NCBI GenBank assembly: GCA_020639295.1
Contig: JACKGY010000008.1
Coordinates: 66,740-130,739 of the forward strand
Direction of reading: 5' to 3'
Source: Planctomycetota bacterium
Lineage (GTDB): Bacteria > Planctomycetota > GCA-002687715 > DRQF01
DNA length: 64,000 nucleotides
Below the pieces are notes generated by a model. That model was not told where the DNA came from and did not search any database. It worked only from the letters and a program-made list of their open reading frames with translations. A program made the position numbers and the translations under genes. How positions within the stretch are numbered: position 1 is the stretch's first letter; each line of letters opens with the position of its first letter. Below, in pieces: positions 1-13,939 of the stretch.

Positions 1-1502
1 TGCCCTCGGTCGGCGTCCTCTACGACCTCGATTGGCGCCATCCCGATCTCGGCTTCCGCAATCCCGACGGAACGATCGCCACGGTCCAGTCCTGGATCGA
101 GCCCGAGCAGGTCGACTTCGCGTCCACCGCCTGGCAGCGCGGCCAGCTCGAGACCATCATGGAGGCCGAGATCGACTTCCTGGTGCTCAACTGGCGCTAC
201 GCGGCCGATTGCCCCGAGGACGAGATCAGCAAGCGGGCCGACCAGGCCCTCGGCGCCCTCCTCGCCGCCCAGGTCCAGATCGCCAAGGACGGCGGCAAGC
301 CGCCCCGTCTGGCCATGATGATCGACGGCGAGGTCCTCGCCGCCGGTCGGCGCGCCCCGGACCGAAAGGGCACGCTCGACCTGCGCGACGACAAGGTCCT
401 TCGCGCCTTCGAGGAGAGCCTCTTCCACTTCTACCGCCGGGTGCCGAAAGGTCTGCGCTGGGAGCTGGACGGCTACCCCCTCCTGGTGATCGGCCCCGCC
501 CTCGGCGCGGCGCACGACGTCGACCTCTTCGATCGCCTAGCCCGGGACTTCGCCGCCGAGTTCCAGGCCCGGCCCTACCTGGTCGCCGACCCGACCTGGA
601 AGGCCCGCGCGACCGCGCGCTGGACGCCGGGGGCGGCCCTCCTCGGGCCCCAGCTCGGCAGCGAGGTGGTGGTGATCGGCCCGGGCTACGACGACACCCG
701 CGTCCCGGGGCGCGGCACGCCGCTACGCAAGCGCGAGGACGGTCGCTTCTACGAGTGGTCCTGGAACAAGGCCCTGCTCGCCAACCCGACCCTGGTGCTG
801 ATCGAGACCTGGAACCGCTTCCAGGAAGGCAGCGGGATCGCGCCCTGCAAGGAGTACGACGACGTCTACGTCGGCCTCACCCGCCGCTACGTCGCGCGCC
901 TGAAGGGTGGCCTGCTGCCCGACCTCGAGCGCCCGGTCCGGATCGCCTATCCCGACCCCCTGCCCCGCCCAGACCGCGGCTGGTTCGAGATGCAGGAGGG
1001 CCTCGACCGCGTGTTCTGGGTCGCCGCGTCCCACGGCGACCGCTTCGGCTTCGGCCTGCGCCTGGTCGAGGTCGAGGACGGCCCCTTCCTGCGCGCCAGG
1101 CGGGACGACAAGGCCGTCCTGCGCCTGCCGGAGTCGGCGCTGGGGACCTACCTCTACGTCGGCGTCGCCGACGAGTTCGCCCACCGGTCGGCCGGCAGCT
1201 ACGAGGTCGAGGTGGTCTGCCGCGGTGGCGTCGACTCGGAACTGATCCTGCAGTACGACTCCTGGGACCCGGCCGCCATCCTGAAGGGCGCCTACAAGTC
1301 GGCCCCGAAGGAGGTCTTCGACGACGACGGCCTGAAGCGTCTGGTCTGGCAGCTTCCCGACGCCCGCTTCGGCAACCGCCAGAACGGGGGCTCCGACTTC
1401 CGCCTGTACTCGAAGGGCGCCGCGCTCGACCTCTTCGGCATCCAGCTCCGGCGCCTGCCCGAACGGTTGCGCGACGAGCAGCCGCGGCTCATCCGCCGCT
1501 GA
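1..1502 (+). CDS. Glycoside-hydrolase-like protein (GH99/DUF5010-like fold suspected); 5' end lies outside the window
   Basis: Frame 3 is open from base 3 (PSVGVLYDLDWRH...) into the 159..1502 ORF, so the gene starts upstream of the window. Codons are GC3-rich. The LVLIETWNRFQEGSGIAP segment and the aromatic-rich core resemble TIM-barrel glycosidase-like families. Family assignment is by eye only. Confidence 0.55.
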   Translation, partial: PSVGVLYDLDWRHPDLGFRNPDGTIATVQSWIEPEQVDFASTAWQRGQLETIMEAEIDFLVLNWRYAADCPEDEISKRADQALGALLAAQVQIAKDGGKPPRLAMMIDGEVLAAGRRAPDRKGTLDLRDDKVLRAFEESLFHFYRRVPKGLRWELDGYPLLVIGPALGAAHDVDLFDRLARDFAAEFQARPYLVADPTWKARATARWTPGAALLGPQLGSEVVVIGPGYDDTRVPGRGTPLRKREDGRFYEWSWNKALLANPTLVLIETWNRFQEGSGIAPCKEYDDVYVGLTRRYVARLKGGLLPDLERPVRIAYPDPLPRPDRGWFEMQEGLDRVFWVAASHGDRFGFGLRLVEVEDGPFLRARRDDKAVLRLPESALGTYLYVGVADEFAHRSAGSYEVEVVCRGGVDSELILQYDSWDPAAILKGAYKSAPKEVFDDDGLKRLVWQLPDARFGNRQNGGSDFRLYSKGAALDLFGIQLRRLPERLRDEQPRLIRR

Positions 1503-1578
1503 ATCCGAAGGCCGCGCGGCCCGCGCCGGCCGGACGGGACGGCGCTCCGCCGATCCAGGGGCCCGGTCGGACATGAAG

Positions 1579-1610
1579 GAAGCCCCCGCGACCGGAGTCG
1601 CGGGGGCTTC
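1579..1610. terminator. GC-rich hairpin between convergent genes (bidirectional terminator candidate)
   Basis: Perfect 14-bp stem gaagcccccgcgac / gtcgcgggggcttc with loop cgga. It lies between the stop at 1502 (+) and the stop at 1636 (-). Confidence 0.6.
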
Positions 1611-1635
1611 GACATTCACGGGAGATGACCGCGGA

Positions 1636-4600
1636 TCACTTGCGCCGACGCAGGCGCTCCTGCTCCATGCGCGCCTTCATCTCCTGGCGGGTCATCAGCT
1701 CGTCGCCACGCTGCTGGGCCGAGGCCTCGCTGGGCGTGCCGTCCGCGTTGAGCAGACCGCTCTGGATCATGACGCGCTGCAGACCGGGGTGCTGCTTCAT
1801 GAAGGGCTCACCCTTGATGGTCGGGCGGAAGGCCGTGTTCGGCACGATCGCCTGGTAGTCCTCCATCCCGCGACGGAGGCCGTTGACCATCCAGCTGAAC
1901 TCGGCGTTGCTGCGGCCGTTGAACAGCTCGCGCACCACGAAGCCCTCGCGGGTCAGCTCGGCGCGCGGCGCGAAGAGGCCGGCGCAGTCGTCCATCGGGG
2001 TGAGATGGACGCTGAGGCCCTCGGTGGATGCCGCGAGCGTGAAGCTCTCGGGCAGCACGATCCGGACGTAGCCGTTCTCGAGCCTGGCCGTGCCGCGGGC
2101 GTAGAGACCGTTCTCGTCACCCTCGAGGCAGGCGTACTTGATCATCAGGTTCGGGTCGGTCGGGTGCGGCTGGACGAAGTTCTTGGTGACACCCTGGACG
2201 TCGCCCGTGCTGCCCTCGAGGCGGATGGTGGCGGCGCCGCTGTCGTCGTAGACCTCGACCAGACCATCACCCGTATTGGCCGCGCCCAGGGGGTCGTGGC
2301 CGATCTGGACCAGCATCTTGGCGCCGGCATTGTTGAAGACCGTGACCTGACCATCTCCGTTGCCGTCGGCGGTGGCCTCGAAGACGCGATTGGAGGCGCC
2401 AGGCGTCTCCACCGCGACCGCGCCGTCGGTGCTGACGACGTCGTTGGTGGCGGTCACGTCACCGCTGGCGTTCACGTTCACCGCGCCGACGTTGCCGCTG
2501 GCGGTGAAGTTGACCGCGGAGACGTTACCCGTCGCGGTGATGTTGCCGTTCGAGCCGTCGAGGGTGATCGGGGTCGCGCCGCCGCTGCCGGCGACCACGT
2601 TGCCCGCCGCCGTCGAGTTGCCGGTGGCGCCGATGCTGCCGGTCGAACCGTCCAGCGTGATCGGGGTCGCGCCACCGCTGCCGGCGACGACGTTCCCGCC
2701 GGCCGTGAGGTCGGTGGTCGCCGCCACCGTCGTGGTGGAGCTGATCGAGTTGCCGGACAGGACGCCGCCCGCGGTGATGTTGTTGGTGGCGTTGATGTTG
2801 CCGGTGGCACCGTCGAGGGTGACCGGAGTGGCGCCGCCGCTACCCGCGACGACGTTGCCGACCGCGGTCACGTTGCCGCCGGCGGTGACGTCGGTGGTGG
2901 CCGCGACCGTGGTGGTCGAGCTCACCGCGTTGCCGGAGACCGTGCCGGTGGCGGTCACGTCGTTGCCCGCGGTCACGTCGTTGCTGGCGTTGACGTTGCC
3001 GGTCGCGCCGTCGAGCGTGACCGGGGTCGCGCCGCCGTTGCCCGCGACGACGTTGCCGGTGGCGTTGACGTCGGTGCCGGCGCTGACCGTGGTGGTCGCG
3101 CTGACCGCGTTGCCGGTGACCGTACCGGTGGCGTTGACGTCGTTGGCCGCGTTGACGTCGTTGCCGGCGTTGATGTCGCCGGTGGCGCCGTCGAGCGTCG
3201 TCGGCGTGGCGCCGCCGAAGCCGGCGACCACGTCGTTGACCGCGGTCACGTCGTTGCCGGCGACCAGGTCGGTGCCGGCGGTGACCGTCGTGGTGGCGCT
3301 GAGCGCGTTGCCGCTCAGGGTGCCGCCCGCGGTCACGTTGTTGGTGGCGGTCACGTCGTTGCCGGCCGTGACGTCGTTGGTGGCCGAGACGTCGGTGCCG
3401 GACACGGTCGCGCCGGCGGTGACGTTGTTGGTGGCCGAGACGTCGGTGCCGGAGACCGTGGCGCCGGCGCTGACGTTGCCGACCGCGGTGACGTTGACGC
3501 CGGCATTGACGTTGTTGGTCGCGTTGACGTCGTTGCCCGAGACGTTGCCCGTGGCGGTCACGTTGCCGCCCGCGGTCACGTCGGTGCCCGCGGCCACCGT
3601 GGTGGTCGAGCTGACGGCGTTGCCGGCCACGACGCCACCCGCGGTGACGTTCATGCTGGCGTTGAGGTTGGTGCCGTTGACGTTGCCGGTGGCGGTCACG
3701 TTGCCGCCCGCGGTCACGTCGGTGCCCGCGGCCACCGTGGTGGTGGCGCTGACCGTGTTGCCGGAGACGTTGCCGCCCGCGGTCACGTCGTTGGTGGCAT
3801 TGACGTCGTTGCCGGCGTTCACGTCGGTGCCGGCGGTGACCGTGGTGGTCGAGCTGACCGCGTTGCCGCTGACGGTGCCACCCGCGGTGATGTTGGTGCC
3901 CGCGGTCACCGTGGTGGTGGCGCTGAGGGCGTTGCCGCTGATCGTGCCGGCGGCGGTGACGTCACCGGTACCGGAGAGCCCGACGCGCTCGGTGCGCGAT
4001 CCGGCGACGCCGCCGAAGACGCTGATGCGCGGCTGACCACCGGCCGAACCGTCGAGACGGATCAGGGTCGAGCCGTCGGCGTAGTTGCTGCCGTAGTTGG
4101 TGATGGGCGGATTGACGCCCATGCCGATCGGCGCGCCGTCGAAGAGCTCGACCACGCCGAATTCGTCGCCGTCAGGAGCCGGCGAGGTGTTCATCGGGGT
4201 GATGTCGGGATCGCGGCAGAAGCTGCGCATCACGATCGGGACGTCGGTCGACCCGATCGGCGGCATCGCGCCCGGATCCGGCTCCATGCAGGAGAGCAGG
4301 AAGGCGTTGTCGGCGCGGATCGGGCCCGACAGCGAGCTCGAACGGACCAGACCCGCCAGGCGCCGCGAGAAGGTGATCGGCACGCCGGTCACCGGATCGC
4401 GGAGGAAGGCCGGCAGGTCGGCGTCCATGATGAAGTCCGAGCTCAGCGGATCGGTCACGCGCGCCAGTTCGGGCGAGAGAACGACGTTGAGTCGGTTGAG
4501 GGCGTCCTGCACGTTGGTGACGCCGTCGAGCGCGGGGGGAACGCCGATCGCCACCGGCGTGCCGCCGGGGGACGACACGTTGCCGAGGTCGAGAGTAGTG

Positions 4601-4755
4601 AACGAGATCGTGCCGGCCGTGGAAGTCGGCAGCTGCTGGCCACCGCCACCACCACCACCGCAGGTCACGACCAACCCGATGCCTGTAAGAAAACCGAGGA
4701 AGAGCAGGGCCAGCTGACCGTACTCCCTCGCCTTGTGCCGCAAGAACGCCATCAT
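1636..4755 (-). CDS. Large surface lipoprotein with 5-6-residue beta-solenoid-type repeats and a tail-fibre-like C-terminal domain
   Basis: ATGATG at 4755 is preceded by GAGGAGGG. The signal is lipoprotein-type (LALLFLGFLTGIGLVVTC) followed by GGGGGGG. About 450 aa of NVTAGG/TVSGNA/VSSTTT-type repeats follow. The C-terminal segment FVQPHPTDPNLMIKYACLEGDENGLYARGTARLENGYVRIVLPESF resembles domains that follow tail-fibre-like repeats in other bacteria. The track ORF starts earlier (4953), but the RBS and signal peptide favour 4755. Confidence 0.75.
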   Translation of the reverse strand: MMAFLRHKAREYGQLALLFLGFLTGIGLVVTCGGGGGGGQQLPTSTAGTISFTTLDLGNVSSPGGTPVAIGVPPALDGVTNVQDALNRLNVVLSPELARVTDPLSSDFIMDADLPAFLRDPVTGVPITFSRRLAGLVRSSSLSGPIRADNAFLLSCMEPDPGAMPPIGSTDVPIVMRSFCRDPDITPMNTSPAPDGDEFGVVELFDGAPIGMGVNPPITNYGSNYADGSTLIRLDGSAGGQPRISVFGGVAGSRTERVGLSGTGDVTAAGTISGNALSATTTVTAGTNITAGGTVSGNAVSSTTTVTAGTDVNAGNDVNATNDVTAGGNVSGNTVSATTTVAAGTDVTAGGNVTATGNVNGTNLNASMNVTAGGVVAGNAVSSTTTVAAGTDVTAGGNVTATGNVSGNDVNATNNVNAGVNVTAVGNVSAGATVSGTDVSATNNVTAGATVSGTDVSATNDVTAGNDVTATNNVTAGGTLSGNALSATTTVTAGTDLVAGNDVTAVNDVVAGFGGATPTTLDGATGDINAGNDVNAANDVNATGTVTGNAVSATTTVSAGTDVNATGNVVAGNGGATPVTLDGATGNVNASNDVTAGNDVTATGTVSGNAVSSTTTVAATTDVTAGGNVTAVGNVVAGSGGATPVTLDGATGNINATNNITAGGVLSGNSISSTTTVAATTDLTAGGNVVAGSGGATPITLDGSTGSIGATGNSTAAGNVVAGSGGATPITLDGSNGNITATGNVSAVNFTASGNVGAVNVNASGDVTATNDVVSTDGAVAVETPGASNRVFEATADGNGDGQVTVFNNAGAKMLVQIGHDPLGAANTGDGLVEVYDDSGAATIRLEGSTGDVQGVTKNFVQPHPTDPNLMIKYACLEGDENGLYARGTARLENGYVRIVLPESFTLAASTEGLSVHLTPMDDCAGLFAPRAELTREGFVVRELFNGRSNAEFSWMVNGLRRGMEDYQAIVPNTAFRPTIKGEPFMKQHPGLQRVMIQSGLLNADGTPSEASAQQRGDELMTRQEMKARMEQERLRRRK
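2460..3960 (-). repeat. Intragenic coding repeats (nested short and long periodicities)
   Basis: A 48-nt core encoding NVVAG(S/N)GGATP(I/V)TLDG occurs at 2554-2601, 2647-2694, 2809-2856, 3007-3054 and 3187-3234. At least eight copies of the module SGNA(V/L)S(S/A)TTTV(T/A)AGTD are present. The remainder is 15-18-nt periodic. Confidence 0.75.
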
Positions 4756-5226
4756 AACCCTCCTCTGGCGAGAACCTGACGTTGCCATTCCGGTCGGATG
4801 CGGGCCCGCGGTCGCCTGGAGTGATGGACGGATCGTGCCGAACACCCGGGGAGGGGGGCGACTCCGACCGTCGATCGTTCCACAGTCAGGCTGGCGCGAG
4901 TCTGCTCCGAGTCCGGAACTCCTTCTCCGGTGATCCCGCCCTTTTGCCTTCAAAATGAAAACGGGATTCAGCGCTGGCGATCATAGATCAGCGACCATGA
5001 CTGTCAACCGATAGTCCGGCCCCTACTGGATTTCCGTCAACCGAAGGGACCCTGCCGTCTTGCCAGAACCGGGTTTCCCGTGCTAAGGATCCGGGTACGC
5101 CAAGCCCCAAGGATATGGCTTGCGGAGGGAAATGGCGCGACGGTCCAGCCAGGCGACGCCCCGGAGCATCGTCATGGTCGCCGATCGCATGAAGGCCCGT
5201 TTTTCGGCCAGGCAAGGGGAAGACTG

Positions 5227-6963
5227 ATGTCAAGAAGACTGATTGCTGTACTCGTGGCAACGTGCGCCCTCGTGGCGGGCGGCCTGCCCTCGCTCCGAGC
5301 GCAGTCGGACGAGGGGGTCAAGAGCCGGCTCGCCGATCTCGAGAGCAAGGTCGAGTCGCTGTTGCGCGAGAACTCCGATCTGCGCACCAAGGTCACCGTG
5401 CTCGAGAACGACCGCGACAACGTCCGGTCCGCGGAGGAAGTCACGCTCACCAGCGAGATCGAGAGCCTGACGAACGGCCTCGCCTATCGCCAGGACTCCG
5501 GCTCCTTCCTGGAGCAGCCCTCGGGCGTGAGTTCCATGTACTTCAAGGGTGAGTGGCGTACCCGCGTCGACTACCGCTCGAACACCAGCGACCTCACCGA
5601 TTTCGTCGACGACGAGGGCCTCCGCCTCGACTATCGCTTCAACCTCGGCCTCGGCTTCCGCCTGACCGACGTGGCCAGCGAGAGCGACTCGCGAGCCCTG
5701 CACGTCGAGACCTACTTCGAGATCCAGGCCGCCGGCCGGGCCTCGAACAACACCGCCGAGGATCTGAGCCCCGCCATCGTCGGCGCCGGCGCCGGCCAGT
5801 TCGAGGCGCGCGACAACGAGCTCGACAAGGTCCAGCTCTACAAGGCCTGGATCCTGCTCGAGAACCTCTTCGGCGTCGACGACCTCGCGGTCAAGATCGG
5901 TCGCCAGGAGCTCGATTACGGCAGCGGCCTGATCCTGGGCACGAACGACTTCTTCACCGGCACGGTGCACGACGCCATCCGGATCGACATCCCGCTCACC
6001 GCCGAGGGCAGCAACGTCTCGTTCTTCTACGCCAAGGAAGGCGCGCCGGACGGCCTCGTTTCCCCGGGCCTCGCCTCGGGCGGCCTTCTCTCCGGCCGGT
6101 TCCGTGCCACCGGCGACGAGGACGAGATGCTCGGCCTCTACACCGAGATCATCTCGGAGAGCCTCGATCCGGTCGAGATCGACTTCTACTGGGTCTACTT
6201 CGATGCCCATGGCGCCGAGAGCGGCGTCGCCCCGGTCAACGGCACCACCTCGGCCGACCCGGGCGTCGACTCCTTCGGTCGCGCCATCATCGGCGGCGAG
6301 ACCCACACCCTGGGCTTCTGGATCCGCGCCGACGACCTCTTCACCGAGGGCCTCTACCTCGGGGTCGAGTTCGCCTACCAGCTCGGTGACGACGAGGCCG
6401 GCGGGGACATCGACGCGATGATGATCGAGGTCACGGCCGAGTACGCCCTGCCCTTCATGTCCGACTGGCGCGGCGCCGTCTTCGCCAGCTACTACTTCGC
6501 CGAGGGTCCGGACAACGACAGCCTCCAGGGCTTCACGCCGCTGTTCATCTCGAGGCACCAGATCACCGCGCCTTCGGGTCGCGGCTTCTCCCGCCTCGGC
6601 AACATCGACTTCATCCCGACCCAGAACGTGCACGTGTTCCAGATCGGTCTGAAGTTCGAGCCGGCGCCGCAGTGGATCATGGGCATCACCTACCTGAACG
6701 CGATGCTCAACCACGGCAGCGAGCCCTTCACCTTCGTGCCCCAGGGCGCGGTCTACGTCGATGACCGGTTCCTCGGCCACGAGATCGATCTGTTCGCGCA
6801 GTACGACCACAGCGCGCAGACGACCTTCTTCTTCAACCTCTCGGTCTTCGTGCCCGAGTTCGACTACTTCTTCGAGAACCCGCTGTCCGCGACCAACCCC
6901 ATCCAGGGCGTCGGCACGGATGTCGCCGTGGGCGTCTACACCCAGGTGCGCGTGGTGTTCTGA
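5227..6963 (+). CDS. Outer-membrane beta-barrel, alginate-export (AlgE-like) family, with an N-terminal coiled coil
   Basis: ATG at 5227 follows AAGGGGA. Signal peptide is MSRRLIAVLVATCALVAGGLPSLRAQ. A heptad segment KSRLADLESKVESLLRENSDLRTKV follows. The GRQELDYGSGLILGTNDF motif is typical of Alginate_exp-type barrels. The protein has alternating beta-strand character and a C-terminal ...VRVVF. Confidence 0.7.
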   Translation: MSRRLIAVLVATCALVAGGLPSLRAQSDEGVKSRLADLESKVESLLRENSDLRTKVTVLENDRDNVRSAEEVTLTSEIESLTNGLAYRQDSGSFLEQPSGVSSMYFKGEWRTRVDYRSNTSDLTDFVDDEGLRLDYRFNLGLGFRLTDVASESDSRALHVETYFEIQAAGRASNNTAEDLSPAIVGAGAGQFEARDNELDKVQLYKAWILLENLFGVDDLAVKIGRQELDYGSGLILGTNDFFTGTVHDAIRIDIPLTAEGSNVSFFYAKEGAPDGLVSPGLASGGLLSGRFRATGDEDEMLGLYTEIISESLDPVEIDFYWVYFDAHGAESGVAPVNGTTSADPGVDSFGRAIIGGETHTLGFWIRADDLFTEGLYLGVEFAYQLGDDEAGGDIDAMMIEVTAEYALPFMSDWRGAVFASYYFAEGPDNDSLQGFTPLFISRHQITAPSGRGFSRLGNIDFIPTQNVHVFQIGLKFEPAPQWIMGITYLNAMLNHGSEPFTFVPQGAVYVDDRFLGHEIDLFAQYDHSAQTTFFFNLSVFVPEFDYFFENPLSATNPIQGVGTDVAVGVYTQVRVVF

Positions 6964-7007
6964 TCGACGATCCGAGCGGATCGCTCCCCCCGCGATCCGA
7001 TCGAACA

Positions 7008-7039
7008 GGAAGGGCCGCTCTCGAAGGAGAGCGGCCCTT
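7008..7039. terminator. GC-rich hairpin downstream of the OMP gene
   Basis: Perfect 14-bp stem gaagggccgctctc / gagagcggcccttc with loop gaag, 45 nt after the stop at 6963. Confidence 0.6.
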
Positions 7040-7316
7040 CTTCATGCCCGCGGCGATCACCGACGTCCTGCCCACCGCTCCCCCGCTTGCCCGCCGGCGA
7101 TCGGCGAGCCGGGTCCGATCGCTCGGCCGGCCGCGGAGCCGGTCCTCCGCGCGCTCCGCCGCCCCGGATGGTCACCGGGCGGCGCCGTCAGCAGCCGGCG
7201 GCCCCATGGCCCGGCAATGCGATCGGGCGCGCCTCCGGTCCCGCGAGACCGCGATCAGGCGCGCGCCCGTCCGAACGCACGCCCCGCTCCTGCGCCGGCG
7301 GCCCGGCCGCCGGCGA

Positions 7317-12506
<5,190 letters not shown>

Positions 12507-12605
12507 GCACGGACGGCGAGCCGCCCCGCTGGACGGCCGAACCGCGCCCGACTATCGTAAGTTAAGCGGGGGCCGTCAGATGGTCAATTTTTGCGAGAGC
12601 AGTCC

Positions 12606-13880
12606 ATGAAGCCCGAGTCGCCGGTCGTGCGACGCCCTGCCGGCCCGAGAACCTGGCTCCGGCGCCTCGGCCTGGCGGTCGTCGCCATCGTGTCGGGGCT
12701 CCTGATCCTGCTCGTCATCGTGACGGATCTGGGCCGCGGCGCCGACCTCGACCTCGAGGCCGGTCTGTTCGCGGATCCCGACCTCGTCCTGCACATACAT
12801 CGACCGGATCGGATCTTGAATGAACTCCTCGATCGGGATGCCGAGGCCCTGGTCGCCGATCCGAACTGGCGCTGGCTGCTGGGCCTCCCGGACGGCGAGG
12901 GCGACGCTCCCCCCGCCTTCCTCCTCGACGAGATCGAAGGAGCCGAGATCCTGCTCGCCACGCGCTGGGCCAAGGACTCGAACCGGGCCGCCGATCGCCT
13001 CCTCCTGGTCATCCGGCCCGGGAGCAGCCGGCTGCCCCGCCTGCTCCAGCTCTGCCGCTCACGTTGGCTGTATGCCCGCCTGGTCGCGCCCAACCTGCCG
13101 GCCGGCGCGGTGCCGATCTGGCTCGATGGCCTCCTCTACCTCCCCGGCGGCGCCGGGCGCGGCGACCTGGTCATCGGTTCGGCGCTCGATCTGGTCGTGG
13201 TCGGTTCGACCCTGGACGACGTCCGTGCCTACCTGGCGGCACGGCAGCCGGAGAAGCTCGGCGAGCGACCCGGGACGCCGAACCGGCTCTCCCTGTCGCG
13301 GCGGGCTCGCGGTCAGCTCCAGGAAGCCCTCGCCCGGAGCCTCGGGACCGAGCTGGCCCGCGCGGGCCACGAGCTGCTCGGACTCGGCGAGGACCCGAGC
13401 CTGGTCACCCTGCCCGCCGACCGGGGCGCGAGCCTGGAGCTCGAACTGCCAGCCACCCCGGGCGGCTCCGAGGCCGGCGAGGCCCTGGCCGCGACCATCG
13501 CGCGTGACCTGCCCGGACTTCCGGCGGGAGCGGTGGTCGCCGACACGAGGGGATTCCGTCTGGAGCTGGACGCCGCGGCCGCGACCGCGGCCCTGGCCCG
13601 CCTTCGCGACCGCCGACTCGCCGAGGAAGAAGCGCCCGGCGCCGCCCGGCGCGAGGAACTGCGCCGCGAGCTGTCGCCGGCGGCCGGACCGCAGCTCGGT
13701 GACGAGGCCCTCGACCTCCAGCTGCGCGCGACCCGGCCGTTGCGGCTCGATCGGGTCGAGCGCGAGATCGCCTGCTGGCGCGACCTGCTCGGTCGCGGCA
13801 TCGCGCTCGAGATCGGTCTCGAGGGCGACCGCCGCCGACTCCTCTTGCGGCTCGGCGAGCGCGCCCCGGCCGGCCCATGA
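12606..13880 (+). CDS. Hypothetical membrane-anchored protein
   Basis: GC3-rich frame. The first ATG is at 12606; the track start at 12591 is TTG. N-terminal TM segment LGLAVVAIVSGLLILLVIV. No recognisable domain. The gene is divergent from the tandem kinase gene. Confidence 0.5.
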   Translation: MKPESPVVRRPAGPRTWLRRLGLAVVAIVSGLLILLVIVTDLGRGADLDLEAGLFADPDLVLHIHRPDRILNELLDRDAEALVADPNWRWLLGLPDGEGDAPPAFLLDEIEGAEILLATRWAKDSNRAADRLLLVIRPGSSRLPRLLQLCRSRWLYARLVAPNLPAGAVPIWLDGLLYLPGGAGRGDLVIGSALDLVVVGSTLDDVRAYLAARQPEKLGERPGTPNRLSLSRRARGQLQEALARSLGTELARAGHELLGLGEDPSLVTLPADRGASLELELPATPGGSEAGEALAATIARDLPGLPAGAVVADTRGFRLELDAAAATAALARLRDRRLAEEEAPGAARREELRRELSPAAGPQLGDEALDLQLRATRPLRLDRVEREIACWRDLLGRGIALEIGLEGDRRRLLLRLGERAPAGP

Positions 13881-13884
13881 AATA

Positions 13885-13912
13885 GGGCCGCCGCTCGATC
13901 GAGCGGCGGCCC
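13885..13912. terminator. Perfect palindromic hairpin between convergent genes
   Basis: gggccgccgctcga/tcgagcggcggccc, a 28-bp perfect palindrome between the stop at 13880 (+) and the stop at 13940 (-). Confidence 0.6.
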
Positions 13913-13939
13913 GGACTCTTCAGGTCCTCGTTCGCGATC

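Noticed and set aside
1573-4779. A 1,068-aa plus-strand ORF, with a 558-aa ORF at 2360..4036, overlapping the repeat lipoprotein gene.
   Set aside because: The translations are Gly/Arg/Asp/Val-rich or Pro/Ala/Val/Thr-rich strings with no signal or motif. They arise from the antisense frames of a GC-rich periodic repeat. The minus-strand gene has an RBS, a lipobox and a structured C-terminal domain.
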